DNA from: Candidatus Multivoradales bacterium
GTDB taxonomy: Bacteria; Acidobacteriota; Thermoanaerobaculia; Multivoradales; J023
NCBI GenBank assembly: GCA_965248925.1
Contig: CBDFLE010000006.1
Span: 2,912,001 to 2,976,000, forward strand
DNA: 64,000 nucleotides
Direction: 5' to 3'
A program made the translations under genes and the position numbers. Below, piece by piece: positions 9,018-17,833 of this stretch; position 1 is the first letter of the stretch, and each line of letters opens with the position of its first letter. Below the pieces are notes generated by a model that was not told where the DNA came from, ran no database searches, and saw only the letters and a program-made list of their open reading frames with translations.

Positions 9018-9349
9018 TGGCAGGCGCGCCCGAAGTTCCCGAATGGGCAGAGCCGCTGATCCGCGCGGTGGTGCGCGAGGCGCTGGCCCTGCATCGCCCC
9101 CGCCGAGTGGCCGGCCTAGTGCGGCTCGATGAGTTCGCCGCCGCGATGGGGTTCGAGAAGAAGACCTTCCAGAACGACTTTGCCCCCGGCGCCACCCGCC
9201 AGCAACGGCAGCGGTGGCCCGAGTTCAAGAGAACGGGCGCCGGGTGGCTCACCACTGTCGACGCGATCGAGCAGTGGCACCAGAGCGGCCGGTCGTCCTG
9301 GGTGGGTTCGCAAGCCGTCGAATCCGCCCTCGAAAGGCTCGCGGGCTGA
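9017..9349 (+). CDS. Excisionase/AlpA-like small DNA-binding protein (paralog 2)
   Basis: VRLDEFAAAMGF..KT..N...WPEFKR...TT..AIEQW. TGATG coupling to the previous gene. Confidence 0.6.
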   Translation: MAGAPEVPEWAEPLIRAVVREALALHRPRRVAGLVRLDEFAAAMGFEKKTFQNDFAPGATRQQRQRWPEFKRTGAGWLTTVDAIEQWHQSGRSSWVGSQAVESALERLAG

Positions 9350-9376
9350 TGTCCACCTGCCAACAAATTCCCTCAA

Positions 9377-9435
9377 CGGCCCACCCGGCGCTCCTTCTAT
9401 ACGGGTCCGCACCCCGCCGGGTGGGCCGACTTTTT
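9377..9435 (+). terminator. Terminator/attenuator-like hairpin
   Basis: Perfect 14-bp stem (9377-9390 with 9415-9428), 24-nt loop, followed by ACTTTTT. Confidence 0.55.
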
Positions 9436-9730
9436 GACGTTCGGCACCACCAGTTCAGCGCCCAACAGTCCACATGCCTCCAGGCAGCTCGGGAGCCAGC
9501 GAGCGCTCAGCAGCCGGCCCATCCGCACCACATCCGCCGGGTTCTCCCGCTCGTCGGTGTCGCGTGTGGCTGGGCCGCCTGGTGCGCGCTGTTGCGCACC
9601 TGTTCGATGTTTGGTCCGCGGCGGGCCGGTCTGTCCACTGGATCGGCCGGTCCGCCACTAGCCAACTTGTTGCACCAGTCGGCCTCGACAGGATTGATCA
9701 GGCCCGAACGATCTGACAACGGAGGTCACC

Positions 9731-10087
9731 ATGTCACCACCCCGTTTCGACCCTGATCGGGTCCCCAAGACTTACTTGGCAGCCGCCGCGTTGGCAGCCG
9801 CCGCTGTAGCCAAAGCCGTGGCCGACTGGGCCGGGCTAGATGCAGCGGCAGTGCCCCACCTAGAGTCCGTGTTAGTGGCCCTGATGGTGGGCGCCGGCGC
9901 CGCCGGTCTGGCGCTGCTACGCCGAGCCATTCGGCGAGTAGAGGCCGCTTTCGATGGTGCGCTTGCCGGTGATCCACCCAGCAGCACCGAGCCCCCGGTG
10001 GAGCTTCAATGGCGATCAAGACTCCCATCAGGTGACGGCCCCTCGTGGACCGGCACCGATGTCGCCGAGCCAGAGCTGGACGAGTGA
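9731..10087 (+). CDS. Small two-TM membrane protein (holin-like topology)
   Basis: GGAGG RBS. Two hydrophobic segments followed by basic RRAIRR. Confidence 0.55.
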   Translation: MSPPRFDPDRVPKTYLAAAALAAAAVAKAVADWAGLDAAAVPHLESVLVALMVGAGAAGLALLRRAIRRVEAAFDGALAGDPPSSTEPPVELQWRSRLPSGDGPSWTGTDVAEPELDE

Positions 10088-10092
10088 CGATC

Positions 10093-10653
10093 ATGCACGC
10101 CATCACCCTATGGCAGCCCTGGGCCTGGGCCGTGGCCCACGCCGGCAAGGGCGTGGAAAATCGAACCTGGAGCCCACCCCAATATCTAGTGGGTAAGTGG
10201 CTCGCTATTCACGCGGGGCTGCAGCTAGATGACTCTGCCGTGGATTGCCTGTTCGATGAGGGCTTTCAGGTGCCGCCGACTCTCGATCACGGCGCGGTGG
10301 TGGCCGTGGCCCGGCTGGGATCGATCACCACCGAGCGGCCTCCGGTTGACGATCCTCAGCACCGCTGGTGGTTCGGCCCCAAGGCTTGGATGCTGCACGA
10401 TGTGGTGGCCCTGCCGCTGCCGGTCAAGGCCCGTGGCATGCGGAAAGTCTGGCCCCTTAGTGAGCAAATCGCTGTCGAGGTTCGGAAACAGATGGCGTTT
10501 CGCCGGTGGCTGCAGAAGCTCAACACCGTCTGGCACGAGTTCCACGACGGCGAGAACGACTACGCCACTGACGCAACGGTCTGGTGGCCCTACTTCCTTG
10601 ACTACCCGCACGACCCCGCCGAAGCCTTGGCCGCGGACCTGGCAGGTTTCTGA
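10093..10653 (+). CDS. ASCH-domain protein
   Basis: AITLWQPWAWAVAHAGKGVENRTW...LAIHAG...GAVVAVA...W.L.DV. Confidence 0.85.
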   Translation: MHAITLWQPWAWAVAHAGKGVENRTWSPPQYLVGKWLAIHAGLQLDDSAVDCLFDEGFQVPPTLDHGAVVAVARLGSITTERPPVDDPQHRWWFGPKAWMLHDVVALPLPVKARGMRKVWPLSEQIAVEVRKQMAFRRWLQKLNTVWHEFHDGENDYATDATVWWPYFLDYPHDPAEALAADLAGF

Positions 10654-10663
10654 GGAGATTCGG

Positions 10664-10963
10664 ATGCAGATATTCCTCTCAACCGCGCCTCTGTGGATCT
10701 GGTGGGCGCTGGCCCTCCTGGGCTTGCTGGCCCTGGCCGCAATCGCTTATTGGGAACGCACCAAAGCCCGAGCGCTCTGTCGCCTGTCGCGGCAGGTACG
10801 CATCCACCCCGAGCGCCTGGCCTCGCGGTGGTATCCCCGCGCGGTGGTCAACGCCGCGCTCCGCAGCCTGGCCCGCCAGAGGTGGGTCGTCGTCGACAAG
10901 GTCGGCGCGCGGCTGACCCGTGACGGGCAGCGATGGGTACACATGCACCTAGTGCCGTCGTGA
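10664..10963 (+). CDS. Hypothetical membrane protein
   Basis: GAGGAG RBS and N-terminal TM helix. Confidence 0.55.
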   Translation: MQIFLSTAPLWIWWALALLGLLALAAIAYWERTKARALCRLSRQVRIHPERLASRWYPRAVVNAALRSLARQRWVVVDKVGARLTRDGQRWVHMHLVPS

Positions 10964-11002
10964 TCCGGCCGCTCCGAACACTGCAACTAATTAGGAGACC
11001 TT

Positions 11003-11344
11003 ATGTCTGATTTTCTAGGCCTGGTAAGGCAGATACGCACCGGCGACCTAGCCACCGAGCTGGACGAAGCCCTCGGGATGTTGGTCGAGGCCGTCGAGGC
11101 CACGACCAAGGGCGGCACGCTGACGCTCAAGCTCAGCATCGCTCCAATATCCAAGGGCAATGCCGATGCAGTCTCTCTTACTGCGCACGTCAAGTCGAGG
11201 CTGCCCGAGCCCGAGCGCCCCAAGCAGATCTTCTTTCCGACCGACAACCACGGCCTGGCCCGGCACGATCCGCGGCAAATGGCCATCGACGACCTGGCGG
11301 AGCCAGCCACTGTGGGGCCCGCCCCACTCAGAGAGGTGAGTTGA
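11003..11344 (+). CDS. Phage protein that typically precedes DUF2303 (YfdP-like)
   Basis: KGGTLTLKLSIAP...KSRLP...IFF....L.R.DPRQ. AGGAG RBS. Confidence 0.75.
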   Translation: MSDFLGLVRQIRTGDLATELDEALGMLVEAVEATTKGGTLTLKLSIAPISKGNADAVSLTAHVKSRLPEPERPKQIFFPTDNHGLARHDPRQMAIDDLAEPATVGPAPLREVS

Positions 11345-11345
11345 A

Positions 11346-12152
11346 ATGAACCTAACAAGCAAGATGGACCTGCAGCAGATCACGGAATTGGCGACCGACG
11401 CCGCCGGACCCGTCGTTCTGGACGGGCTGAAGCCCTATGCACTGGTACGCCGCGACTGTGCTCTGGTTGAGCTTCCTGAAACCCTCGCTCGACCGCGGCG
11501 GCTGCGCGCAAAACGATTTTTCTCGCGTTCCGAGAGTTTCGTGCGGTACTGCGCCAATTTCGGGACCTCGTCGTAGATATACATGTTCAACGACGACGCC
11601 CAGATGCCTTCGGTGATGGCGACGCTGGACTATCACGACGACAGCAAGTCGCCGACCCACTGCGCCCACAAGGCGGTCTACAACCTCCAAACAACTCCGG
11701 AATGGGACCTTTGGAACCAGTTCTCCAGCGAGCCAATGTCTCAAGGGAAGTTTGCCAGGTTCCTCGAGGATAACCTCCCCGACATCGCCGACCCGCCCGG
11801 CGCCGACCTGCTGGAAATGGCCACGTCGTTCGAGGCCAGCACAAAAGTGCAGTTCAAATCGTCTATGCGTCTAGAGGACGGTTCCCGCCAGCTGGTCTAC
11901 GAGAAGCAAATCGACGGCCGTTGCAGTCAAGGATCCATGGAGGTGCCGAGCACTTTCACCTTGGGCTTGTCACCGTTCCGCGGTGCCAAAACGTACAAGC
12001 TCGATGCCCGCTTCCGGTACCAGATCAATGAGGGCAACCTGACGGTTTGGTATGAGTTGGTACGGCCTCGCAAGGTCTTTGAGGACGCTTGCGACGGCGA
12101 GCTGGCCAGCATTGCCCAAGAGTTGTCGGTGGAGATCCTCTACGGGTCCTGA
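11346..12152 (+). pseudogene. DUF2303 (YfdQ-like) protein interrupted by an in-frame TAG at 11574-11576
   Basis: ORFs 11346-11576 and 11583-12152 share a frame. Motifs ATLDYH, Q..FA.FLEDN.PDI and F.S..RL..G. Confidence 0.75.
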
Positions 12153-12155
12153 TCG

Positions 12156-12818
12156 ATGGCTACCTTCCATCAAGTCCCCGCCCCCTTCCCGCTGGCCCAG
12201 GTGGTCAGCGGGAAAGGCTTCCGGTTCTCCGGCGCCAGGGCTCGGGTCTACGACCTGCTGCTGCAGACAAAGCAGCGTCAGTACCAGCACCGCATCGGCA
12301 GCGAACTGGGGCCGTCAGGATGGGTGCCCGTGCATCTGTTCCGCGAGCCGTGGAGCGGTGGACAGTCGGGCGGCCGCCGCGTGCGCGAGCTACGCGAATA
12401 CGGCGCCGAAGTCGAAATTCAGCCCTTCCAGGGCTCGGACACCACGGTCTACCGCCTGACATCCGAGATTGAGACTTCCGGCGCGGCAGTGGCCACGGAC
12501 CGCGCCACAGCGACTGTGCCGATGGGATTCGACTCGGTGGAGTTCTCGGTCCACCGCGGATACCCGCCAGCCGACTCCGGTGATCCCTATCCATTAGTGG
12601 AGGGGGGCCGCCTGCTGAGCCCATCGCCGGCGGCGACCTGCCCCGCAGACTACCGTCAGGAGCTGCGCGCTCTACACGCCTCGGGCGAGCTGCTGCGCGA
12701 GCTGGCCGGGGGCCGCTGGGCGATCTATATGCCCAGCAACTACAGCTTGCCTTGCAAACCGCTACAGGTGATCGCCGAAGCCCTATTGGCCTGCGGCGCC
12801 CGGAGGATGGATCTGTGA
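12156..12818 (+). CDS. Hypothetical protein with a winged-HTH-like N-terminal half
   Basis: RRVRELREYGAEVE...VYRL pattern. Sits within the operon. Confidence 0.55.
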   Translation: MATFHQVPAPFPLAQVVSGKGFRFSGARARVYDLLLQTKQRQYQHRIGSELGPSGWVPVHLFREPWSGGQSGGRRVRELREYGAEVEIQPFQGSDTTVYRLTSEIETSGAAVATDRATATVPMGFDSVEFSVHRGYPPADSGDPYPLVEGGRLLSPSPAATCPADYRQELRALHASGELLRELAGGRWAIYMPSNYSLPCKPLQVIAEALLACGARRMDL

Positions 12819-13144
12819 CCGAGGTGCGCAACCGCGCGATCGCGGCTCTCGCAGAACGCGAGGACCTGACCAACGACGACGTACGCCACCTCTCCGGAGA
12901 CCGGGTGCGCCAGCACCGTGGCGATGGCGGCCTGGAGATCTACGTATCCCGCGGCCACCTGGCGACTCTCAAAGTCAAACTCTCCCCGGCGCAGTCCGAG
13001 GCGCTCTTGATGTGGATGGAGGAGTCCCGAGGTTGGGGCTCCGAATGCCCACTGTTCCCGGGGCGCGACCCCACTAACCCAATCAGCCGCAGTGGATTCG
13101 AGGCTGCGCTGCGCCGAGATCGTATGGAGGTGAGTTGTGCGTAG
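12815..13144 (+). CDS. Small protein resembling a partial, inactive tyrosine-recombinase catalytic domain
   Basis: RNRAIAAL...V.LS....EAL..W...PLFPG....ISRSG. Coupled to both neighbours. Confidence 0.5.
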   Translation: MTEVRNRAIAALAEREDLTNDDVRHLSGDRVRQHRGDGGLEIYVSRGHLATLKVKLSPAQSEALLMWMEESRGWGSECPLFPGRDPTNPISRSGFEAALRRDRMEVSCA

Positions 13145-14627
13145 ATCTCTCCGGGTGGCCCAAGCGGCCTTACTTGCTCTGCTGATCGTCTCTTGCCCGG
13201 TCTTCGGCGCCGATTGGCACGGTCGAAGCGACTGCGTGACCGACGGCGCCCAGGCTCTGCGCCTGGCCGTGGTCGAGGGGGACTGCCAGTCCTGGGGCCG
13301 GCCTCATGTCAAGGCCTGCCTGCCTAGCTCGATGGCGACGCCGCCCAAGGGCTCGGGCAACTGGCCAGTGCAGCTGCTGGGCGCGCTGGCGATCTGTGGC
13401 GACGCCCAGGCTGCGCGAGAGCTAGTGCCGATGCTCGCCGGCAGCCCTCCGTGGGGGCTCAACGGCAAGGAGTCGTTTTCCCTTGTCTACGCCGCGGCCA
13501 ATCTCGGCACGGTGATGCTCATGCTCTCGGTAGAGCCCGAGCAGCACCGCGCCGCAGTACTCCAACGCTGGATACGAGCCCATCTGGCTTTTCTCCGCTT
13601 GCACTTGGTGCCCGCGGGGACGCCGCTCGAAGTCTGGATTGGTGGCGTGGAGGGCGAGCGTGGTCAGGGAGTGCTCGAGCGGGGAGAGTACGTCAACCCT
13701 ACCGGTGACCGAAGCGTAATTGGCGCCGATCCGGTGCGCCATCTCATCCCCGATCGCTCGCCGCTGACGACCCTCTACCGATGGTGTACAGGCTCGCTCA
13801 ATCGCCGCAAGTTCGACCCCAACACGAGGCGCTGGACGTGGATGCCCGCGATCTTGGCGGATGCCGCAGGCAACAACGGCGGCAAGCCGCTTGGCCCGAA
13901 GTACTGCGGCATCAGCGCCGCAGAGGTCAAGATGCTGCGCCGGCCACTCGTCAAGGGCGGCGAGCCGACCGCGACGCTCGATCTGGTAGCCCAAATGTTG
14001 GGCCAGTTCAAACACCCAGGAAATCCGGCTCGCCGGCCTGTCCGTAGCAGGCAGATCCTCGGCTGGGCAGATGGTAGCTGGGCCAGTGTGCTCAGCGCTT
14101 CGGCCAACGCCAACAAGCCCGCCATCGTCTTCAGCGCCTACGACGCCCGCCTACGCCGGGCTCAGGCAGTGGTGCCAAGCTTATTCCGGCCCGTGCGCGC
14201 CCGCAGCGCCACGGCCGCTCTGCACCTAGACGACGGGGCAGTTGGCGTAGCGAGCACAGACGGCTGGCGGCACAGCTTCCAGCTACCGGGCGGCGGGCTC
14301 GACCCGGTGTGGCGCCTGTCGTGGAGCGCCGACCGCGGGGTAGAGCTTTTCGCCTCGGGCTCGTTGAACCCCCGTGGCCCGCCAGAAGGTCCCCCAGCAC
14401 CCGACTCCGATGGGGCTCCTGAGCCTCCACCGCCTCCGCCGTCCGACCCCGCGCAGATCATCCGGGATCGGGCTCGGCGGCAATACCTCCGCCTAGAGCA
14501 CGACCTCATCGAGCTGCAAAAGCAAACCGAGGAACTACTGCGAACGCTCAGGCAAACCCGCCGCCACTTCGACCGAGCCGGCCGAGACTTCGGCTTGCGA
14601 CCTCAAACCCAGAAGCGTCAACAATAG
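13137..14627 (+). CDS. Secreted hypothetical protein with a Pro-rich linker and C-terminal coiled coil
   Basis: Signal-peptide-like N-terminus. 496 aa. Confidence 0.65.
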   Translation: MRRSLRVAQAALLALLIVSCPVFGADWHGRSDCVTDGAQALRLAVVEGDCQSWGRPHVKACLPSSMATPPKGSGNWPVQLLGALAICGDAQAARELVPMLAGSPPWGLNGKESFSLVYAAANLGTVMLMLSVEPEQHRAAVLQRWIRAHLAFLRLHLVPAGTPLEVWIGGVEGERGQGVLERGEYVNPTGDRSVIGADPVRHLIPDRSPLTTLYRWCTGSLNRRKFDPNTRRWTWMPAILADAAGNNGGKPLGPKYCGISAAEVKMLRRPLVKGGEPTATLDLVAQMLGQFKHPGNPARRPVRSRQILGWADGSWASVLSASANANKPAIVFSAYDARLRRAQAVVPSLFRPVRARSATAALHLDDGAVGVASTDGWRHSFQLPGGGLDPVWRLSWSADRGVELFASGSLNPRGPPEGPPAPDSDGAPEPPPPPPSDPAQIIRDRARRQYLRLEHDLIELQKQTEELLRTLRQTRRHFDRAGRDFGLRPQTQKRQQ

Positions 14628-14636
14628 GGAGCGCAT

Positions 14637-15206
14637 ATGTCGATCCAAGAAATCCGCACCACCGCCGATCAGCTCAGGCTGCTCATGGACCAGGCCATGG
14701 AAGGGTTGCGCGCTGACCTCGACGAGTTCGAGGTCTCAGCCTCGGACCAGCTCGAGGTGATCGACGTGCAATTGTCCTCGCCACCCATGGATGACGTCGA
14801 GAAGCCCCCTCCGGAGACCTTCCATGTTTCTAATCCGGTGACTCCAGAGGTCTTTGCGCGCCATCTGGAAGAGGTCCAGAGCGCCGAAGACGCTGCCAAG
14901 CTGGTGGCAATGATCGCCGGCAACGCCGGCTTTAAAGTCCAGCTGCAGGCCGCAAAGCAGGTGGTATTCCGCAAGCTCGTTGGCTACGAGCGCCAGGCCG
15001 TCGAAGCGTCCGTAGCCTGGCAGATCGGGCGCAATCGACCAGCAAAGATAGGCATGGAGGTCGAAGAGATAATCGGCCGCAAGCGCGGCAAGCTGGTGCA
15101 GATGGTCAGCCAAAGACAGCGCGACCCCCGGCCGCTGGTCATGATCCAGGTCGGCAGCAGCCGGCCCAGGCAAGTGTCGGCTCCATCAGCGCTGCGGTTA
15201 GTCTGA
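14637..15206 (+). CDS. Hypothetical phage protein
   Basis: GGGAG RBS, 189 aa, within the operon. Confidence 0.65.
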   Translation: MSIQEIRTTADQLRLLMDQAMEGLRADLDEFEVSASDQLEVIDVQLSSPPMDDVEKPPPETFHVSNPVTPEVFARHLEEVQSAEDAAKLVAMIAGNAGFKVQLQAAKQVVFRKLVGYERQAVEASVAWQIGRNRPAKIGMEVEEIIGRKRGKLVQMVSQRQRDPRPLVMIQVGSSRPRQVSAPSALRLV

Positions 15207-15703
15207 TGCGCGTCACGATAACTCTCCAAAGATTCGCTTGCGCGCATTTGGTCGTCGAGCAGGTGGCCGAAATGTTCGCCGCCATCACCTGCAGCCAGGC
15301 CGGGTTCACGAACCGCGTCTGGACCTCGAGCGTCCTCAAGGTCCCGGAAGGGAAAACGGTATCTTGCGCCGGCATGCCTCGAGACAGAGTGACCTTCGAT
15401 GTTGAGTCGCGCTTGCCGTTGATCATGACGTGCAGCTTGTTTGACAGCGACGGCCACCAGCGAAAGCTGTTGCTCAAGGGTTTCAAAATGGCCCTCAGCA
15501 GCGCCGCCGCCGCTGGTAGAGGGTTGTACGGCGTCATCGACGCGATCTCCAACCACGCGCGAAAGGCCGACGCTATGGGCTCCGGCAGCTACCTGATCGA
15601 CCTCAAGGAAGGTGTCGCCGACGCCGCGAGATCCTGGACCATCGAGCCCGACGGCCGCGGCGCTCGCGGATCAGCAGCGCTGTCAGTGGAGTTCGCAGAG
15701 TGA
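15206..15703 (+). CDS. Hypothetical phage protein
   Basis: TGATG coupling, 165 aa. Confidence 0.6.
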   Translation: MRVTITLQRFACAHLVVEQVAEMFAAITCSQAGFTNRVWTSSVLKVPEGKTVSCAGMPRDRVTFDVESRLPLIMTCSLFDSDGHQRKLLLKGFKMALSSAAAAGRGLYGVIDAISNHARKADAMGSGSYLIDLKEGVADAARSWTIEPDGRGARGSAALSVEFAE

Positions 15704-15767
15704 CGGGCCTTGAGGCGCTCCAGGGGAAAATCGACGCCTATCTCGGCAGAGTACCGGAGGCGGAGTT

Positions 15768-16808
15768 TTGACGTCGATCGAGTGGACCGACCGCTCGTGG
15801 AATCCGGTGAGAGGCTGCACGCGGGTCAGTGAGGGTTGCCGGAACTGTTACGCCGAGCGGCTGGCCTCGCGCTTCAGCGGGCCCGGCCTGGCCTTTGAGG
15901 GATTCGCGAAGCGCACCCAGTCTGGCGGCCGCTGGTCAGGCAGGGTTGCGCTGATTAGACACAAACTAGCCGAGCCTCTCAGCTGGCGCAAACAGCACCT
16001 GGTCTTCGTCAACTCGATGTCTGATCTCTTCCACGAGGATCTTGACTTTCACGAGATCGCGGCCGTCTTCGGAGTAATGAGCGGATCACCCAGGCAGACC
16101 TTCCAGGTACTGACCAAACGCCCGGGCCGCATGTTGGATTTCTTCAGGTGGCTTAGATGGCAAGCCTCTGATGATCCTTCCAGATTTTGCCAGTGGCAAG
16201 CTGCAGATGCAGGAGCACCACCCGATCGCCAGAACGATATCTGGCCTTTGCCCAACGTCTGGCTCGGTGTCAGCGTTGAGGACCAGGCAACCGCAGACGA
16301 GCGCATTCCGTTGCTTCTGCAAGCGCCAGCAACCCTTAGGTTCGTCAGCTACGAACCGGCGCTGGGGCCGGTGGAGTTCGGCAAGTACCTAGCCGAGCCC
16401 GACGGGGAGACCTGCTACCACTCCGGAAAAGGTCGAGGGATCGACTGGATCATAGCCGGCGGCGAGAGCGGGCCGGGTGCAAGACCGCCTCATCCAGACT
16501 GGTTCAGAGCGGCTCGCGACCAATGCTATTGCTTTCGAGTGCCGTTCTTTTTCAAGCAATGGGGCGCCTACCAGGTTGGCTCGGCCAAGCAGGGTCAATA
16601 TCAGACCACGGTGGTCAATGATGGCCGGCATTTCGATGGCGAGATCATCATCGCCAACGCGGAACTCACGGCCGCCTGGCCGACTCTGCGAGCAGTAGTC
16701 ATGGCAAGGGTCGGGAAAGGCCACGCCGGTCGCGATCTCGATAGCCGGACCTGGGATCAGTTCCCGGAGGACTACTCGACTCGCAGCGAGCTGGAGCCAA
16801 TCGCATGA
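15768..16808 (+). CDS. Phage Gp37/Gp68 (DUF5131) family protein
   Basis: IEWTDRSWNPVRGCTRVSEGCRNCYAE, FVNSMSDLFHE, QVLTKRP, WIIAGGESGP, FFFKQWG. Confidence 0.92.
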   Translation: MTSIEWTDRSWNPVRGCTRVSEGCRNCYAERLASRFSGPGLAFEGFAKRTQSGGRWSGRVALIRHKLAEPLSWRKQHLVFVNSMSDLFHEDLDFHEIAAVFGVMSGSPRQTFQVLTKRPGRMLDFFRWLRWQASDDPSRFCQWQAADAGAPPDRQNDIWPLPNVWLGVSVEDQATADERIPLLLQAPATLRFVSYEPALGPVEFGKYLAEPDGETCYHSGKGRGIDWIIAGGESGPGARPPHPDWFRAARDQCYCFRVPFFFKQWGAYQVGSAKQGQYQTTVVNDGRHFDGEIIIANAELTAAWPTLRAVVMARVGKGHAGRDLDSRTWDQFPEDYSTRSELEPIA

Positions 16809-17833
16809 CTCGCAACGCATCGCGACGCGCACTTTTGTTGGAATCAGTTCGGGCAGAGATGGTGCGTCAAGATGAACTGTGGGGCTGGCCTCGTTGCAGC
16901 GACTACCTGTTCGATGACGACTGTGATGATGGAGAGTTCGACAACCTGAGCAATCAGATGTTGCTGATGGAGCTTCGCAGCCGAGAGCTTATTGATAACC
17001 AGCGTCCTTGCTGGCAGGCAATCTTGGGCGAAGAAATCGGTGAGGTTGCGCGGGAATCTGATCCAGCACGGCGCCTTGAAGAGCTGATTCAGGTCGCTGC
17101 GGTTGCGCTCGCTTGGGCTCAGGCGATCAAGGAAGAGAATTCGCATGTCTTCGGCTACGGCAGGAGCACAGTGGCGGCCGCGGAAGTAGACGGCTCTTGT
17201 GAAAGCCACGATGCCTGTCATCGAGTCGAGGCCGCCGGACCGAACCTACCGAGCGTCGCAAGCGTGGAAGCGTGGGTCATCGGCCGCGGCTACCGCGGCA
17301 CGTTGGAGATGCTGCGTCGCTTCGAGGGTCACCAGGGCCGCCCCTACTGGCCTGGCGGCGAGTCGGGCGTCACTCTCGATCCTGGCGTTGACCTCGGCTA
17401 CATCGACCCCGAGATCGTCCGCCGCGTTTACGGCCCTGCCGTCTACGACGTCGTGCTACCTGTGCTTGGACTCCGCGGACGGTCGGCCAAGCACGCTCTG
17501 CAGAGTACTAGCGCGCTCAAGCGCCTGGAGATCACTCCAGAGCAAGCAGAGCGATCCAGGCCACGGGTTGCGAGCCCCTATTGGGTCCAGATTTCTACCC
17601 GCTTTGCAGCTCTACGCCAGGCGCCGGCACCAGTCCAAGAGGCCCTGCTCTCGCTGGCCTACAACCGCGGTCCGCACAACCGCCACTTGGAGAGTCTGCT
17701 CGCACCCATTGTCGCTGGCGACTGGCCCCGCCTGGCCGACCTCGTGGGACAGATGCAGCAGCAACACCGTCTGCCCGGCATCCGTCGCCGGCGACAGGCC
17801 GAGGCCGAGTTGATTCGGACAGCGGAGTCATGA
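16805..17833 (+). CDS. MazG-like NTP pyrophosphatase domain fused to a pesticin-C-terminal-like muramidase (probable endolysin)
   Basis: N-terminal RQDELWG...ILGEEIGEVA...EELIQVAAVALAW. C-terminal FEG...PYWPGGESGVTLDPGVDLG...LLSLAYNRG...RRRQAEAEL. Confidence 0.75.
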   Translation: MTRNASRRALLLESVRAEMVRQDELWGWPRCSDYLFDDDCDDGEFDNLSNQMLLMELRSRELIDNQRPCWQAILGEEIGEVARESDPARRLEELIQVAAVALAWAQAIKEENSHVFGYGRSTVAAAEVDGSCESHDACHRVEAAGPNLPSVASVEAWVIGRGYRGTLEMLRRFEGHQGRPYWPGGESGVTLDPGVDLGYIDPEIVRRVYGPAVYDVVLPVLGLRGRSAKHALQSTSALKRLEITPEQAERSRPRVASPYWVQISTRFAALRQAPAPVQEALLSLAYNRGPHNRHLESLLAPIVAGDWPRLADLVGQMQQQHRLPGIRRRRQAEAELIRTAES

